64,000 nucleotides of DNA from an uncultured delta proteobacterium (GTDB lineage Bacteria; Myxococcota_A; Polyangia; Polyangiales; Polyangiaceae), in NCBI GenBank assembly GCA_963806225.1, contig CAWDXG010000004.1:3328001-3392000 (forward strand). The letters run 5' to 3'. Both the position numbers and the translations under genes were made by a program. The notes beneath the pieces were generated by a model, which was not told the origin of the DNA, did not search any database, and saw only the letters and a program-made list of their open reading frames with translations. Below are positions 1-10,569 of the stretch, in pieces. The first letter of the stretch is position 1. Each line of letters begins with the position of its first letter.

Positions 1-1310
1 CCGTCCGGCATCGCATCGCGGGCGTTCAGGGCGAGGTTCAAGAAAGCGTTCTGCAGAAGCGATGCGTCGCCCAACGCATGCAGCGGTCCGGACGCTAGAT
101 CGAGCTCGATGTCGATGCGCTTGTCGATGCTACGGCGCAAGAGCTCCACTGCGTCCGAGAGCACCTCGCCGACGTCCACGACCTCCCTGCGGTACTGACC
201 CTTGCGCGCGAACGCGAGCAGCTTTCCGGTCAAGTCCGCGGAGCGCAACGCGGCCTGGGCGATCTGCTCCGCCCAACCGCGAAGAACGGGTTCATCGAGC
301 CGCCCTGCGAGTAGATCGGCGGCCGCCAGGATACCCGTAAGCTGGTTGTTGAAGTCGTGGGCCATGCCCCCCGCGAGCTGGCCGATCGCGTCCAGCTTCT
401 CGGAATGCCGCAGGCGCGTCTCGAGTTCGAGGCGCTCGGTGACATCTCGCAGGTTCGTCACCAGGCCGTCGATTCCGGGCACATCGAAGTACGCGGTGAC
501 GGTTCCCTCGAAGACCACGTAGTCGCCGCTGCTGGTCCGCGCGCGCATGTCCTTCAACGCGATCGGGCGTCCGGGCTGGTCCGCCGCGCCCTGGTACGCT
601 TCCAGGACCCGGGACAGGTCCGCGGGGTGGACCAGATCCATCGGCAGCTGCCCGAGCAGATCGCTTGGCTCGTAACCGTATCTGCGCACGGAGGGGCTTG
701 CGTATGTGAAGCCCCGCGTCGGGTCCGCGATCAACGTGACGTCCACCGAGCGCTCGGTGAGAGCGCGGAAGCGCGACTCGCTCGCGCGGAGCTCCCGCGT
801 CCGCTCGGCGACCTCGACTTCCAGCCGGTCCCGCGCGCCGCGCAGGGCAGCCTCGGCGCGCTTGCGGTCGGTGATGTCGCGGGAAAATTCAGAGAAGCCG
901 ACGATCTTCCCGCCGTCGAGCACCGGATTGTACCGCACCTCGAAACTGCGAAGCCCGTCGGGGGTCGGCTGTTCGATTTCCACGGTGAAGCGCTCGCCGC
1001 TCAGCACGCGGCGATGGAAGTCGTCCCACATGGCACGCACTTCGGGATCGTCGAGCAGCTCATGCGGCTTGAGCCCCGGCCGCATCTCGATGCCAAGGAC
1101 GTGCCGCATGAGGTTGGCGTAGGCTGAATTGAAGAACAGCGGACTGCCGGTCGTGTCGCTGAACAGGATGAAGTCGTCCGTGTTCTCCAGCAGCGCCAGC
1201 AGGTTCGCATGGGCCTTGTCGACGGGTTGCGTTGCGCCATCGGGCGTCCCCACCCCATCCGCGTGGATGTCGCCCCCGCTCCCAGATGAAAAGGAGTTCG
1301 GCTCGGACAT
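1..1310 (-). CDS. PAS-domain sensor histidine kinase, 3' end runs off the window
   Basis: Manual translation from ATG at 1310 (AGGAAG RBS upstream): MSEPNSF...LLENTDDFILFSD (PAS), H-box EKLDAIGQLAGGMAHDFNNQL, N-box QNAFLNLALNARDAMP; absent from the ORF track because the stop lies outside the window. Confidence 0.9.
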   Translation of the reverse strand, partial: MSEPNSFSSGSGGDIHADGVGTPDGATQPVDKAHANLLALLENTDDFILFSDTTGSPLFFNSAYANLMRHVLGIEMRPGLKPHELLDDPEVRAMWDDFHRRVLSGERFTVEIEQPTPDGLRSFEVRYNPVLDGGKIVGFSEFSRDITDRKRAEAALRGARDRLEVEVAERTRELRASESRFRALTERSVDVTLIADPTRGFTYASPSVRRYGYEPSDLLGQLPMDLVHPADLSRVLEAYQGAADQPGRPIALKDMRARTSSGDYVVFEGTVTAYFDVPGIDGLVTNLRDVTERLELETRLRHSEKLDAIGQLAGGMAHDFNNQLTGILAAADLLAGRLDEPVLRGWAEQIAQAALRSADLTGKLLAFARKGQYRREVVDVGEVLSDAVELLRRSIDKRIDIELDLASGPLHALGDASLLQNAFLNLALNARDAMPD

Positions 1311-1366
1311 GGTCTTCCTATTGTACCGTCCCGCGCGCTGAGTCGAGCCCGACGGCGTGACGGGGA

Positions 1367-2900
1367 CTATTTTCCGCCCTCCGGCCGCCCCGAAGCACCA
1401 AGCCGCTCCCGGACAATCGCCGCCAGCTCCGGCTTGACAACCTTGCCGACCGGATTGCGTGGCAGCGCATCGAAAACGACGACGCGCTTCGGCACCTTGT
1501 AGGCGGCAATGCGCTCCTTGGCCCAGGCCCGCAAGCGGCTCTTCCTCGACCTCTGCGGCGCGCCCCGGTCGGGGAATGACGGCCGCCACGGCGATCTCGC
1601 CCCAGGTCTCGTCGGGCAGCCCCACCACCGCCACGTCCGCGACGGCCTCGTGCTCGCGCAGCACTTCCTCGATCTCGAGCGCGCTCAACTTGTAGCCGCC
1701 GCTCTTGAGGATATCCACGCTGGTACGCCCGAGGATCTTCGCGTAGCCACCCGGAAGCCAGGTCGCCGTGTCGCCGCTTTTGAACCAGCCGTCCGTAAAG
1801 GCTTCGCGCGTGGCCTCGTCGTTGTTGTCGTAGCCCTTGAACACTCCGGGCCCGCGGATCCAGATCTCTCCGCTCTCGCCCGGCGCCACGTCCGTGCCGT
1901 CCTCGCCGACGATGCGGATCCGCATGCCGGGCAGCGGGCGCCCGCAGCTTCCGGGACGCCGCTCGCCGTTGACCGGGTTGGTCATACCGACGCCGATCTC
2001 CGTCATTCCGAAGCGCTCGAGCGGATAGTCGCCCGTCAGCGCGCGCCAGCGTTCGCCCACGGTCGTCGGCAGCGCCGCCGAGCCGCTGGTGACCAGGCGC
2101 AGGTGCGCGGCGTTCTGCGTCCAGCGTGCCCGGGTCGCCCGCGTCGGCCGCATCGAGCGCGTCGAGCAGCTTCTTGTGCATGGTCGGCACGCCCATCAGC
2201 ACCGTGGACTCGCCCATGGCGTCCCACAGCCGCGCCGCATCGAAGCGCGCCAGCATGCGCGTCTTGCCACCGGCGAGCAGCGACGTGAAGAGCGCTATCC
2301 CGAGCCCGTGCAGGTGGTGGAGCGGCAGACTATGCAGCAGCGTGTCTTCCGCGCGACCACTTCCACGCCGAAGCGAGCATGCGAGCCGTCGCCGCCAGGT
2401 TCTCGTGCGTGATGAGCGCGCCCTTCGGCTTGCCGGTGGTGCCGCTGGTGTACAGGATGAGCGCGGTGTCGTCGTCCGCGCTGTCCGCCGGCTCGGCGCG
2501 CTCGGCGTGGGCGCGGAGCTCCTCGATAGAGCAGCACCGCGCGATCGCCCGCGTAGGGCGCCACGCGCGGGGCAAGCTCCTCCGAAACGACGATCGCGCG
2601 CGCGCCGGATGTCTCCACGAACCAGCGCTGCTCGGCCTCGGGGTGCAGATGGCTCAGCGGCACCAGCGTCGCGTCCGCCAGCACGCCGCCGAAGAACGCT
2701 TCCACCCACCCCGAGCCCTGCGTCACCAGCATCGCCACGCGCTTGCCGGACAGGCCCCGTGCCCGTAGCGCCCCCGCCACACTCGCGGCACGCCGCCCGA
2801 TCTCCGCGAAGCTCACCGCTTCGACGTCGTCGTGGATGGCGATGCGCGCGTCGTCCGCCGCCGTCAGATCGAGAAAGCGCAAGACCAGGCTGCTCCTCAT
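1367..2900 (-). CDS. Acyl-CoA synthetase (AMP-binding, MatB/ACSF3-like), broken by about four apparent +1 frameshifts
   Basis: Motifs spread over several frames: [55 protein letters not shown]; shifts near 2530, 2350, 2139 and 1535; stop TAG at 1367-1369. Confidence 0.85.
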
Positions 2901-2942
2901 GACCGGAAGGTCATGCCCTCGCCCGGGCGAGCTGGCAAGCCG

Positions 2943-3518
2943 TCAGACTACGCCGGCCAGGAGCAACGCGCCGATCACGGCGAACACGCCCGCAGCCACT
3001 TTCTGCGTCAGCGCCGGCGAGAGCAGCTTGCCGGCGCGGTTACCGACGAAGACAGCGATCGCCGTCACGGACCAGAGCGCGAGGGTCGACGCGAGCAGTA
3101 TCGTCAGCCAGGCGTGGTACTTCGCCTCGAAACCCGCCGTGCCGATCTGCGTGAGGTCGCCCCACTCCGCGACGAACACCACGGCGAACACGGTCCAGAG
3201 AGCGCTCCAGAACCCCGCCTTCTCTTCGGCCTTCGTATCCGGCTCGTCGCCTTCGGCCTTCTTGAGCCACATGACCAGCGCGCAGCCGAGGAACAGCAGC
3301 CCCGCCCCGACGTGGACCACGTGCTCCGGCAGCTTCGCGAGCAGCGAACCGGCGCCGACCGCGATCAAGCTCTGCAATGCGAGCGCCAGCGCCGCGCCAA
3401 GGAACACCGGCAGCGCCCGGTGCCGCGACGCCAGCACCATGGCGGAAAGCGCAGTCTTGTCCGGCAGCTCCGCCAGGAAGATGACGCCGAACACGCTGAA
3501 GAAGAGCTGCAGACTCAT
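2943..3518 (-). CDS. TMEM165/GDT1 (UPF0016) family Ca2+/Mn2+ transporter
   Basis: Two family motifs ELPDKT and EWGDLTQ in a hydrophobic multi-TM protein; likely start MSLQLFF at 3518. Confidence 0.9.
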   Translation of the reverse strand: MSLQLFFSVFGVIFLAELPDKTALSAMVLASRHRALPVFLGAALALALQSLIAVGAGSLLAKLPEHVVHVGAGLLFLGCALVMWLKKAEGDEPDTKAEEKAGFWSALWTVFAVVFVAEWGDLTQIGTAGFEAKYHAWLTILLASTLALWSVTAIAVFVGNRAGKLLSPALTQKVAAGVFAVIGALLLAGVV

Positions 3519-3573
3519 TGGATGACTACCGCGTAGCCCGGGCGAAGCTGGGAGACTAGGCTCGCGAGCGCCC

Positions 3574-4671
3574 ATGCTTCATCCCGCTGGCCCGCTGCTG
3601 TTTGCGCTCGCGCTGGTGTGCTGGGCTGCCGGCGCGGCAGCGCATGTGCTTCCGCGCAGCTACTGCACGGTCCGGACGGCGCCGGGCGGCATCGACGTGA
3701 GCGTCGAGACGGCCGGGCACCTGCTCGCCGCTCCGCTCGGCCTGTCATCGCGCCACCCGGACGAGAAGGTGCTGCGCGAAGCCATTCCGCGCTTCGTGCA
3801 GCAGATCGAGGACCACGTGCAGGCGCGCACTCCGGCCGGCGCGTGCACGGTCAAAGCCGATCCTGCCGAGGTGATCCACGACCAGGGCGAGCCCGCGCTC
3901 CGGGTCATGCTGCACTTCGGCTGCCCGACAGGGCCGGTCACGCTGCATAACAGCTGGCGCTTCGACGTCGATCCTTCCAGCGAGACCGTCTGCGCGATCA
4001 ACGGCTCGGCCTGGGTGTTCCGGCCCGGGATGGCCGAGCGCGTGGTCGGCACGCCGCCGACACTCGGCCAGGTGCTCTCGAACTTCGTGGTGCTCGGCAT
4101 GAAGCACGTCGAGAGCGGCATCGACCACATCCTGTTCGTGATCGGGCTGCTCCTGGCGGCGGCGCTCGCCACGCGGCAGCAGAGCCTCGGCAGCGCGACG
4201 CGCGCGGTAGCCGGCGTGGTGACGGGCTTCACGCTCGGCCATTCCATCACGTTGATCGCCGCCGGGCTCGGCGTGGTGCGCCTGCCGTCGCGCTTCACCG
4301 AGAGCGCCATCGCGCTCAGCATCGTAGTGGTGTGCGTGGAGAATATCGCGCGTCACGAGATCCGCGGCCGCTTCTTGACCGCCGCTCTGTTCGGCCTGGT
4401 GCACGGCTTCGGCTTCGCGTCCGTGCTCGCCGACATCGAGCTGCCGAGCCGCGGGACGGTGCTCGCGCTGGTGTCGTTCAACGTCGGCATCGAGCTCGCC
4501 CAGCTGATCGTCGTCGTAATCGCCTTCCCGCCCCTCGCCCTCGCTTCTCGCCGGCCCTGGTACAGAAAACGCGTCCTTGTCCCGCTCTCGGCCGCAGTCG
4601 CGCTCGTCGCCGCGGTATGGTTGGTCAAACGCGCGCTGGGGCTCGACTTCCTGCCCTGGCTCGGCAGCTAG
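3574..4671 (+). CDS. HupE/UreJ family membrane protein with N-terminal extracytoplasmic domain
   Basis: Signal peptide ending AAAH; motifs GIDHILF, FTLGHSITL, FGLVHGFGFA, FNVGIELAQ. Confidence 0.88.
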   Translation: MLHPAGPLLFALALVCWAAGAAAHVLPRSYCTVRTAPGGIDVSVETAGHLLAAPLGLSSRHPDEKVLREAIPRFVQQIEDHVQARTPAGACTVKADPAEVIHDQGEPALRVMLHFGCPTGPVTLHNSWRFDVDPSSETVCAINGSAWVFRPGMAERVVGTPPTLGQVLSNFVVLGMKHVESGIDHILFVIGLLLAAALATRQQSLGSATRAVAGVVTGFTLGHSITLIAAGLGVVRLPSRFTESAIALSIVVVCVENIARHEIRGRFLTAALFGLVHGFGFASVLADIELPSRGTVLALVSFNVGIELAQLIVVVIAFPPLALASRRPWYRKRVLVPLSAAVALVAAVWLVKRALGLDFLPWLGS

Positions 4672-4685
4672 CGGCGCTGCCCGAC

Positions 4686-4728
4686 TGTGCCAACCGGCTG
4701 GCACACTTCCAGCGCGCTTCCGCTGGAA
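4686..4728. promoter_or_regulatory. Two inverted repeats upstream of the sigma54 promoter (possible enhancer-binding-protein sites or a terminator)
   Basis: TGTGCCA-N6-TGGCACA (4686-4705) and TTCCAGCG-N6-CGCTGGAA (4707-4728). Confidence 0.4.
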
Positions 4729-4754
4729 ATCCCGACCGACAAGACATCTCCGAG

Positions 4755-4770
4755 GGGCACGGATCTTGCT
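4755..4770 (+). promoter_or_regulatory. Putative sigma54 (-24/-12) promoter
   Basis: GGGCACGGATCTTGCT has GG-N10-GC spacing and closely matches TGGCACG-N4-TTGCW; lies about 25 nt before the serpin ATG, which has a GGGAGA RBS. Confidence 0.65.
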
Positions 4771-4795
4771 GCGATTGTCGCGGCGGGAGACACCG

Positions 4796-5337
4796 ATGAA
4801 GAGACAGCTAGCGATAGGAATCCTTGGGGCCGGGACGCTGGCGCTCGGCCTGTTCCTGGGCGTGGCGTGCTCCACGACGCCGGCGCCGCACGACACGACA
4901 CGACACGACGAGCGTGCTGCGCTCGGATCTGCCGCGCAACAACAGCCCCGCCGTGGACGCCGCCGACTACCAGTCGTTGATTGCCGGGAACACCGCATTC
5001 GCGTTCGACCTGTACGCGGAGCTGAGCAGCGGCGAAAACGACAACATCACTCGCGAAGCCCCTGGAGGCGCTGGGCATGACGGACGCTTTCGGAGCGGCC
5101 GACTTCAGCGGCATCACCAGCACGCCGCTTCATATCCGGGACGTCCTGCAGAAGGCGACCATCAGCGTCGACGAGTCGGGCACCGAAGCGACCGCCGCCA
5201 CCTCCATCGAGTTCGCCGACGCAGGCGCACTGCTGAATCCGCTGGATTTCAGTGTGGACCGCCCGTTCTTGTTTTTCGTCCGCGACGAGAACGGCACGCT
5301 GCTGTTCATGGGCCAGGTGACGAACCCGGCGAGCTGA
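4796..5337 (+). pseudogene. Lipoprotein serpin, frameshifted and internally deleted
   Basis: Lipobox LGVAC in the frame of ATG 4796; helix A segment GNTAFAFDLYAEL...DNI in a second frame; LEALGMTDAF, hinge VDESGTEATAAT and DRPFLFFVRD...LLFMGQVTNP in a third frame; the central part of the serpin is absent. Confidence 0.85.
4889..4908 (+). repeat. (CACGA)4 simple sequence repeat
   Basis: Read directly; lies at the first frame break of the serpin. Confidence 0.9.
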
Positions 5338-5379
5338 TCGGAGCCGCACCGGCGCCGCGATCCGTAGTACCCTGGGTGC

Positions 5380-7053
5380 ATGGGACGCGCTCGGGTGGGC
5401 TTTGCTCTGGGGATAGTGTTGGTGATCGGGCTTTCGGCGGCGCCGGCTCTCGCCACGGATTTCTACGTGGATCCGGTCCACGGCAGCATGTCGGGCGACG
5501 GCAGCAAGGCCAAGCCGTGGAAGACGCTCGAAGCGGTGGTCGCCGCCAATCTCATCGAGAGCCAGAAGTGGAAGACGCTGCCCTACGCGGCCGGCGACAC
5601 ACTGGTCGCGAAGAACGCCGGCGCGCCGGTGAAGGCGGGCGACACGGTCTACCTGATGAGCGGCTACCACGGCGCGGTCACGCTGCAGGGCTACTACAAC
5701 ACTTCGCCCATCACGATCGCTGCCGCGCCCGGGCAGAAGCCGGAGCTATCACGGGTGCTGATCCAGGCCGGGAAGAACTGGAAGGTCTCCGGTCTGTACG
5801 TGAGCCCCGGGTACGCGCCCACCTACAACCGACAGACCATGTTCACGATCGAGAGCCACAACTACCAGGGCCCGGTCTCGGACGTCGTCGTCGAGGGCTG
5901 CACGCTGCAGTCGAAAGCCGACGTTTCCGCGTGGACGGCAAGCGACTGGGATCAGCTCTCGGCCAATGGCTTTTCGGTCGGCGGCAGCCACATCACCATC
6001 CGGGGAAACCACCTGAAGAACGTCAACTTCGGCATCAGCGTGGGCGCGTCCGACTCGCTCATCGAGCACAACGTCGTGGACTCGTTTGCCGGCGATGGCA
6101 TGCGCGGCCTCGGCGACAACACGGTGTTCCAGTACAACCTGGTCAAGAACTGCTACGACGTGAACGCCAACCACGACGACGGCTTCCAGTCGTGGTCCGT
6201 CGGGGCGAACGGCGTAGGCACGGGCCAGGTGACGGGCATTGTCCTCCGCGGCAATACCATCATCAACTACGAAGACCCGAAGCAGCCGTTCCGCGGCACG
6301 CTGCAGGGCATCGGCTGCTTCGACGGCACCTACGTCGACTGGGTCGTGGAAAACAACGTGATCATCACCGACCACTGGCACGGCATCACGTTCCTTGGCG
6401 CGAAGAATGTTCACGTCATCAACAACACCGTCATCGATCCGAACACGACGAAACCCGGCCCGCCTTGGATCGACATCGGCAACCACAAGGACGGCACGCC
6501 GCCAGTGGGTTGCATCGTGCGCAACAACCTCGTCACCGACCTGAACCTGGCCTCGAGCGGCGTGACCGAGGATCACAACATCATCGTCAAGGACTACTCG
6601 TTGTTCTTTGTCGATGCGGCGGGATACGATCTGCACCTTGTGCCGACCGCAAGCGCGATCGACCAGGGCTCCCCGGATCTGGCGCCCCCCATCGACGAGG
6701 AAGGCATTCCACGGCCAGAGGGCGCGGGGTTCGACGTGGGCGCCTACGAGTGGCACGACCCGAGCGTGACGCCGCCCGATGGCGGGCCCGGCTCTGGAGG
6801 CAGCGTCGGCACGGGCGGCAGCGGCGGCGCGGGCGCGGGCGCGGGCGGCGCGGCGCCGGACGGCGGGTCCAGCGGCGGAAGCCCCGGGAACGGCGGCGGC
6901 GCGGCCGGCGCCAGCTCCAGTGGAGCCACCAGCGGCGACACGGGCGGCTGCGGCTGCCGCACCGCACCATGCCAGAGCCCGGCTCCGGCGTGGTTCGCGC
7001 TGCTGTTCGCCGCCGGCCTCGCGACGCGACGCACCCGAAGCCGGCAGACGTGA
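5380..7053 (+). CDS. Secreted right-handed beta-helix protein with C-terminal MYXO-CTERM-like sorting signal
   Basis: Signal peptide; beta-helix repeats (ITIRGNHL, LIEHNVV, VLRGNTI, VVENNVI); choice-of-anchor-Q-like SAIDQG...DVGAYE; Gly/Ser linker; GGCGCRT followed by a hydrophobic stretch and an Arg-rich tail. Confidence 0.85.
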   Translation: MGRARVGFALGIVLVIGLSAAPALATDFYVDPVHGSMSGDGSKAKPWKTLEAVVAANLIESQKWKTLPYAAGDTLVAKNAGAPVKAGDTVYLMSGYHGAVTLQGYYNTSPITIAAAPGQKPELSRVLIQAGKNWKVSGLYVSPGYAPTYNRQTMFTIESHNYQGPVSDVVVEGCTLQSKADVSAWTASDWDQLSANGFSVGGSHITIRGNHLKNVNFGISVGASDSLIEHNVVDSFAGDGMRGLGDNTVFQYNLVKNCYDVNANHDDGFQSWSVGANGVGTGQVTGIVLRGNTIINYEDPKQPFRGTLQGIGCFDGTYVDWVVENNVIITDHWHGITFLGAKNVHVINNTVIDPNTTKPGPPWIDIGNHKDGTPPVGCIVRNNLVTDLNLASSGVTEDHNIIVKDYSLFFVDAAGYDLHLVPTASAIDQGSPDLAPPIDEEGIPRPEGAGFDVGAYEWHDPSVTPPDGGPGSGGSVGTGGSGGAGAGAGGAAPDGGSSGGSPGNGGGAAGASSSGATSGDTGGCGCRTAPCQSPAPAWFALLFAAGLATRRTRSRQT

Positions 7054-7059
7054 CGGGCG

Positions 7060-9012
7060 CTACTTCTCGAGCACGCTGCGGATGACCTCGATGAACTGGT
7101 CGGGGTGATACGGTTTGGGCAGGAAGGCTGCCAACCCTTTCCCTACGAAGCGGCTGGTCGCGTCCTGCGTGTCGTATCCGCTGCTGAGGATGACGCGCAG
7201 CCCGGGCCGCGTCTGACGAAGCCGGCGGAAGGTCTCTTCGCCACTCATGTGCGGCATCGTCATGTCCAGCAGCACGAGGCGGAGGTCCGGTCGCTCCCCG
7301 GCGATGCGCAGCGCTTCTTCGCCATCCGCCGCGAGCAGCACGTCGAAGCCCGCCTGGACCAGGATCCGCCGGGCCAGCGTGCGCACGCCCGCCTCGTCGT
7401 CGACGACCAGGACCGTTCCGCGGGAGGTCCACCCGGATAGCGATTGGGCCTTCTCCGCCGCGGTCGGGGCGGGAGCCTCCGACACGGGGAAGAACACCAT
7501 GAACGAGGTCCCGCGCCCCACTTCCGAAAGCACGCGCAGGGCGGCGCGGTGTCCGTGGACGATCCCGAGCACGGCGGCGAGGCCGAGTCCCCTTCCGGTG
7601 AACTTGGTCGTGAAAAAAGGATCGAAGATCTTCGACCGCGTCGCGGCATCCATGCCTCCACCGGTGTCCGAGACCTCCAACCAGGTATAGAGTCCGGGCC
7701 CCGCATCGGCCCGGACATCCATGGAAGCCAGGTACTCGGCGGAGCACTGCGAAGTCCCGGTCTTGATCGAGATGCTGCCGGCGCTCTCGCCAATGGCGTC
7801 GGACGCGTTCGTGATCAGGTTCATCACGATCTGGCGGAACTGGGTTACGTCCACCTTGATCGGGGCGGCATGAGGGTCGAGGTCCCAGTGTAGAGTTGCG
7901 GTCTTGCTGATCGACACGTCGAGGAGCGTGCTCATCTCGCGGACGATCTGGTTGATGTCGACGGCGCGGATGACGAACCGTCCCTTGCCGGAGTAGGCCA
8001 ACAGCTGCTTGCAGAGCTCCGCAGCGCGCTGCCCCGCCGTGGAGATCTCGCGCAGGCAGGCAGAAGCGGGGGATGCCAACTCGATCTGCGCACCGGCCAG
8101 CTCGGCGTTCCCGAGGATCGCGACCAGAAGGTTGTTGAAGTCGTGGGCGATCCCACCCGCGAGAACGCCGAGGCTCTCGAGCTTCTGGGCGTGGAGCACG
8201 CTGGCGTGCATCTTCTCGCGCTCGGTTTCGGCACGCCGTTGAGGCGTGATGTCGGTCCACACCTGGCCCGCGAGCTGTTCGGCGCCGAGCATGCCCGCAT
8301 CGAAACGCTGCACCAGCAGGTGCCGGACCTGGCCGCCGGAGCCCAGCGAGCGCTCCGCGGACCGCTCCGGTTCGCCGGCTTCCACAACCGCCGCCGCTTC
8401 CGGAGAGAGCGCTTCGTCGGGAAGGAGCCCCACCGGATTCTTGCGAACGGGACCGAACCAGCGACAGAACGTCGTGTTCGTCAAGACGAAGCGCCCTCGG
8501 GAGTTGCGTACACAGACAGCGACCGGGAGACCGTCGACGGTGCTCTGCAGGCGCGCCTCGGCCTCCCGGCGCTGCGCATTCTCCGATCGGAGCGCGTCGA
8601 CCTTCTCGGTCAGCATGGCAAAAGGAGACGGACGGTGCGCCTGCAGACGCACCATCAGAGCAGGCGCCCTGGAATCCGGTGCACCGAGCACTCCCGCGGA
8701 CATCCGGCATCTGAGCCCCACCCCGCCGACGGCCAGCTCCGCGGCACCCGGGATGGGCGCGCTACTCCGCCAGGCCGCAGAAAGATAGCGCTGGAATTTC
8801 TCCATCCCGGAGACCACCAGCGAGCCGAGCTGTGCGCCTACGAGCACCGCGCGTTCGCGCTCGAGCAGCCGGCACGCCGGCGGATTGGCCTCGTGAATCG
8901 TCCCGTCGGCGCCGATGAGGAACGTGGCATCCAGAAGCAGCCCGAGCAGACGCTGCCGTTCCTCCAGTGCGCTAGGCCGGGCCGAAGTACTCGCGTCCAT
9001 GGGCTGGCTCAC
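7060..9012 (-). CDS. PAS-PAS hybrid histidine kinase (HisKA, HATPase, REC)
   Basis: [42 protein letters not shown] with VLVVDDE, LLDMTMP and FLPKP; start 9012 or 9000. Confidence 0.95.
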   Translation of the reverse strand: MSQPMDASTSARPSALEERQRLLGLLLDATFLIGADGTIHEANPPACRLLERERAVLVGAQLGSLVVSGMEKFQRYLSAAWRSSAPIPGAAELAVGGVGLRCRMSAGVLGAPDSRAPALMVRLQAHRPSPFAMLTEKVDALRSENAQRREAEARLQSTVDGLPVAVCVRNSRGRFVLTNTTFCRWFGPVRKNPVGLLPDEALSPEAAAVVEAGEPERSAERSLGSGGQVRHLLVQRFDAGMLGAEQLAGQVWTDITPQRRAETEREKMHASVLHAQKLESLGVLAGGIAHDFNNLLVAILGNAELAGAQIELASPASACLREISTAGQRAAELCKQLLAYSGKGRFVIRAVDINQIVREMSTLLDVSISKTATLHWDLDPHAAPIKVDVTQFRQIVMNLITNASDAIGESAGSISIKTGTSQCSAEYLASMDVRADAGPGLYTWLEVSDTGGGMDAATRSKIFDPFFTTKFTGRGLGLAAVLGIVHGHRAALRVLSEVGRGTSFMVFFPVSEAPAPTAAEKAQSLSGWTSRGTVLVVDDEAGVRTLARRILVQAGFDVLLAADGEEALRIAGERPDLRLVLLDMTMPHMSGEETFRRLRQTRPGLRVILSSGYDTQDATSRFVGKGLAAFLPKPYHPDQFIEVIRSVLEK

Positions 9013-9484
9013 CTGGCTGCGCGTTGGCCAGGTTCACGACGATGACGCATTCCGGATCGCCGCGGGCGATCGTGTTCTGGAGCTCCACGCGGGCGTAGCC
9101 GAGGTTGTCCGCGGTGATGGTGCCGAAGACGTTCGAGGTCATCATGCACAGCGAGTTGCGGTCGCGGACGTGCTCGCCAAACGGGCAGGCCCGGTTGCCG
9201 AGGATGATCCGGCTTTCCGTCGCGTCCATGAGATAGAAGTCGCCCTGGATACGACGCTTCAAGTCGACCAGCACGTCTGCGACGCTCTCCCGGTCGAGCT
9301 TTTCCACGCCGAGCGCGCTCCGGTACATGCCGTTGATCCAGTCGCCAACGCGTTGCCCGACGACGCTCACGAATCCGGCGGCCTCCTGCTCGCCGACCAC
9401 CTCTTCTAGAGTGCCGGCCAACTCGCGGAGCAGAGTGCGGAGAAACAGATCGCGCTCGAGCACGATCGGCAGATGGCGTCTCAC
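8972..9484 (-). CDS. Stand-alone MetOD1 (methanogen output domain 1)-like protein
   Basis: [44 protein letters not shown] start at 9484 after GGAGG; 3' end overlaps the kinase start. Confidence 0.8.
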   Translation of the reverse strand: MRRHLPIVLERDLFLRTLLRELAGTLEEVVGEQEAAGFVSVVGQRVGDWINGMYRSALGVEKLDRESVADVLVDLKRRIQGDFYLMDATESRIILGNRACPFGEHVRDRNSLCMMTSNVFGTITADNLGYARVELQNTIARGDPECVIVVNLANAQPGEPAHGREYFGPA

Positions 9485-9589
9485 GTTCCCCCTCCCGCCC
9501 GACCCGCTAGAACCGTCGGACAACAGGAACGTAACCGGGATTCGTCACGGAGCAAGCGTTTCGTTCGAGCCGTGCCCCTGGCCTCTCCG

Positions 9590-10492
9590 CTAGTCGACTG
9601 CGGGTCCAGCGCTCTTGCGCCTGAGCAGGGCCACTCCCAGGGCCGCCATCAGCGCGCCGACCAGCAGCGGGATTGGCGCGATGCGGTGAGCGGCGGGTGG
9701 ACCCCCATAGCGGAGCGCCAGGATCACCGAGCCGTTGTACACGGCGTGGGAAATCATGCCCGCGCCGAGCGAACGAGTGTAGAGCCGCACCAGGGCGAAC
9801 CCCATGCCCAGGATGATCGTCCCGGCCACCTGCGTCGGCTCGAGGTGGAAGACACCGAACATGATACTCGGCACGATCACCGCGGCAGCCGTGGAGCCGC
9901 GCAGGAACGCGGACGTGAGCAACCCGCGGAACATGGCCTCTTCCACGACGCCCGGCACCACCGCCACGCAGAGCAGCATGCAGGTCAGCGTCAGAGGCGT
10001 CGCGTTGCGGGCTGCCTCGCCGACGACCCTGGCGGCCGTGACCTCGTTGCCCACGACGCGATGCACCAGCTCGCCCGCGAGATCCGCTAGCGGCGCCAGA
10101 CCGAAAACGAGCAGCAGCGCGCCGCCCAGCTGCGCCGCGCGCGGGCGGGCGAACGGCAGCACGGTCCGCTTGGAGAACCTGAAGAGCACCAGGCACGCCA
10201 CCAGCACGGCGACGATAGATAGCTCGTTGGCGAGCGTTCCGAGGGCGACCCAGCCGGCGTCCTTGACCAGCGGCGAGGACATCGGATCCTTCAGCAGCTG
10301 CGCGGGTTTGACCCCCGAGGCGATCGCCGCGTCCTGTGCAGCGAGGGCGACGCCGCCGCTCACCATGAGCATCAGGACCAGCGCCGCCAGCCAGATCAGC
10401 CAGGCGCCGAGACGCGTGGGCCTCCTGTCGTCGTCCAGGCCCGCCAGCCGGAGCTCTCGACCGGCCGGTTCGCTGCCTACATCCAGGCTCAT
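9590..10492 (-). CDS. CPBP (Abi/CAAX type II) intramembrane glutamic endopeptidase
   Basis: EEAMFRG, FGVFH and HAVYN motifs; multiple TM helices. Confidence 0.9.
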   Translation of the reverse strand: MSLDVGSEPAGRELRLAGLDDDRRPTRLGAWLIWLAALVLMLMVSGGVALAAQDAAIASGVKPAQLLKDPMSSPLVKDAGWVALGTLANELSIVAVLVACLVLFRFSKRTVLPFARPRAAQLGGALLLVFGLAPLADLAGELVHRVVGNEVTAARVVGEAARNATPLTLTCMLLCVAVVPGVVEEAMFRGLLTSAFLRGSTAAAVIVPSIMFGVFHLEPTQVAGTIILGMGFALVRLYTRSLGAGMISHAVYNGSVILALRYGGPPAAHRIAPIPLLVGALMAALGVALLRRKSAGPAVD

Positions 10493-10569
10493 CGGATTAG
10501 CCGCGCCTGCCTTCTATGCCGAATACCGAAGCCTGGAGTATCGTCGAAGAACAGACTGGTGGTCGACCC

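Noticed and set aside
4824..7085. 753-aa ORF
   Set aside because: Off-frame shadow of the beta-helix gene; only a short stretch near 4910-5050 is real serpin sequence
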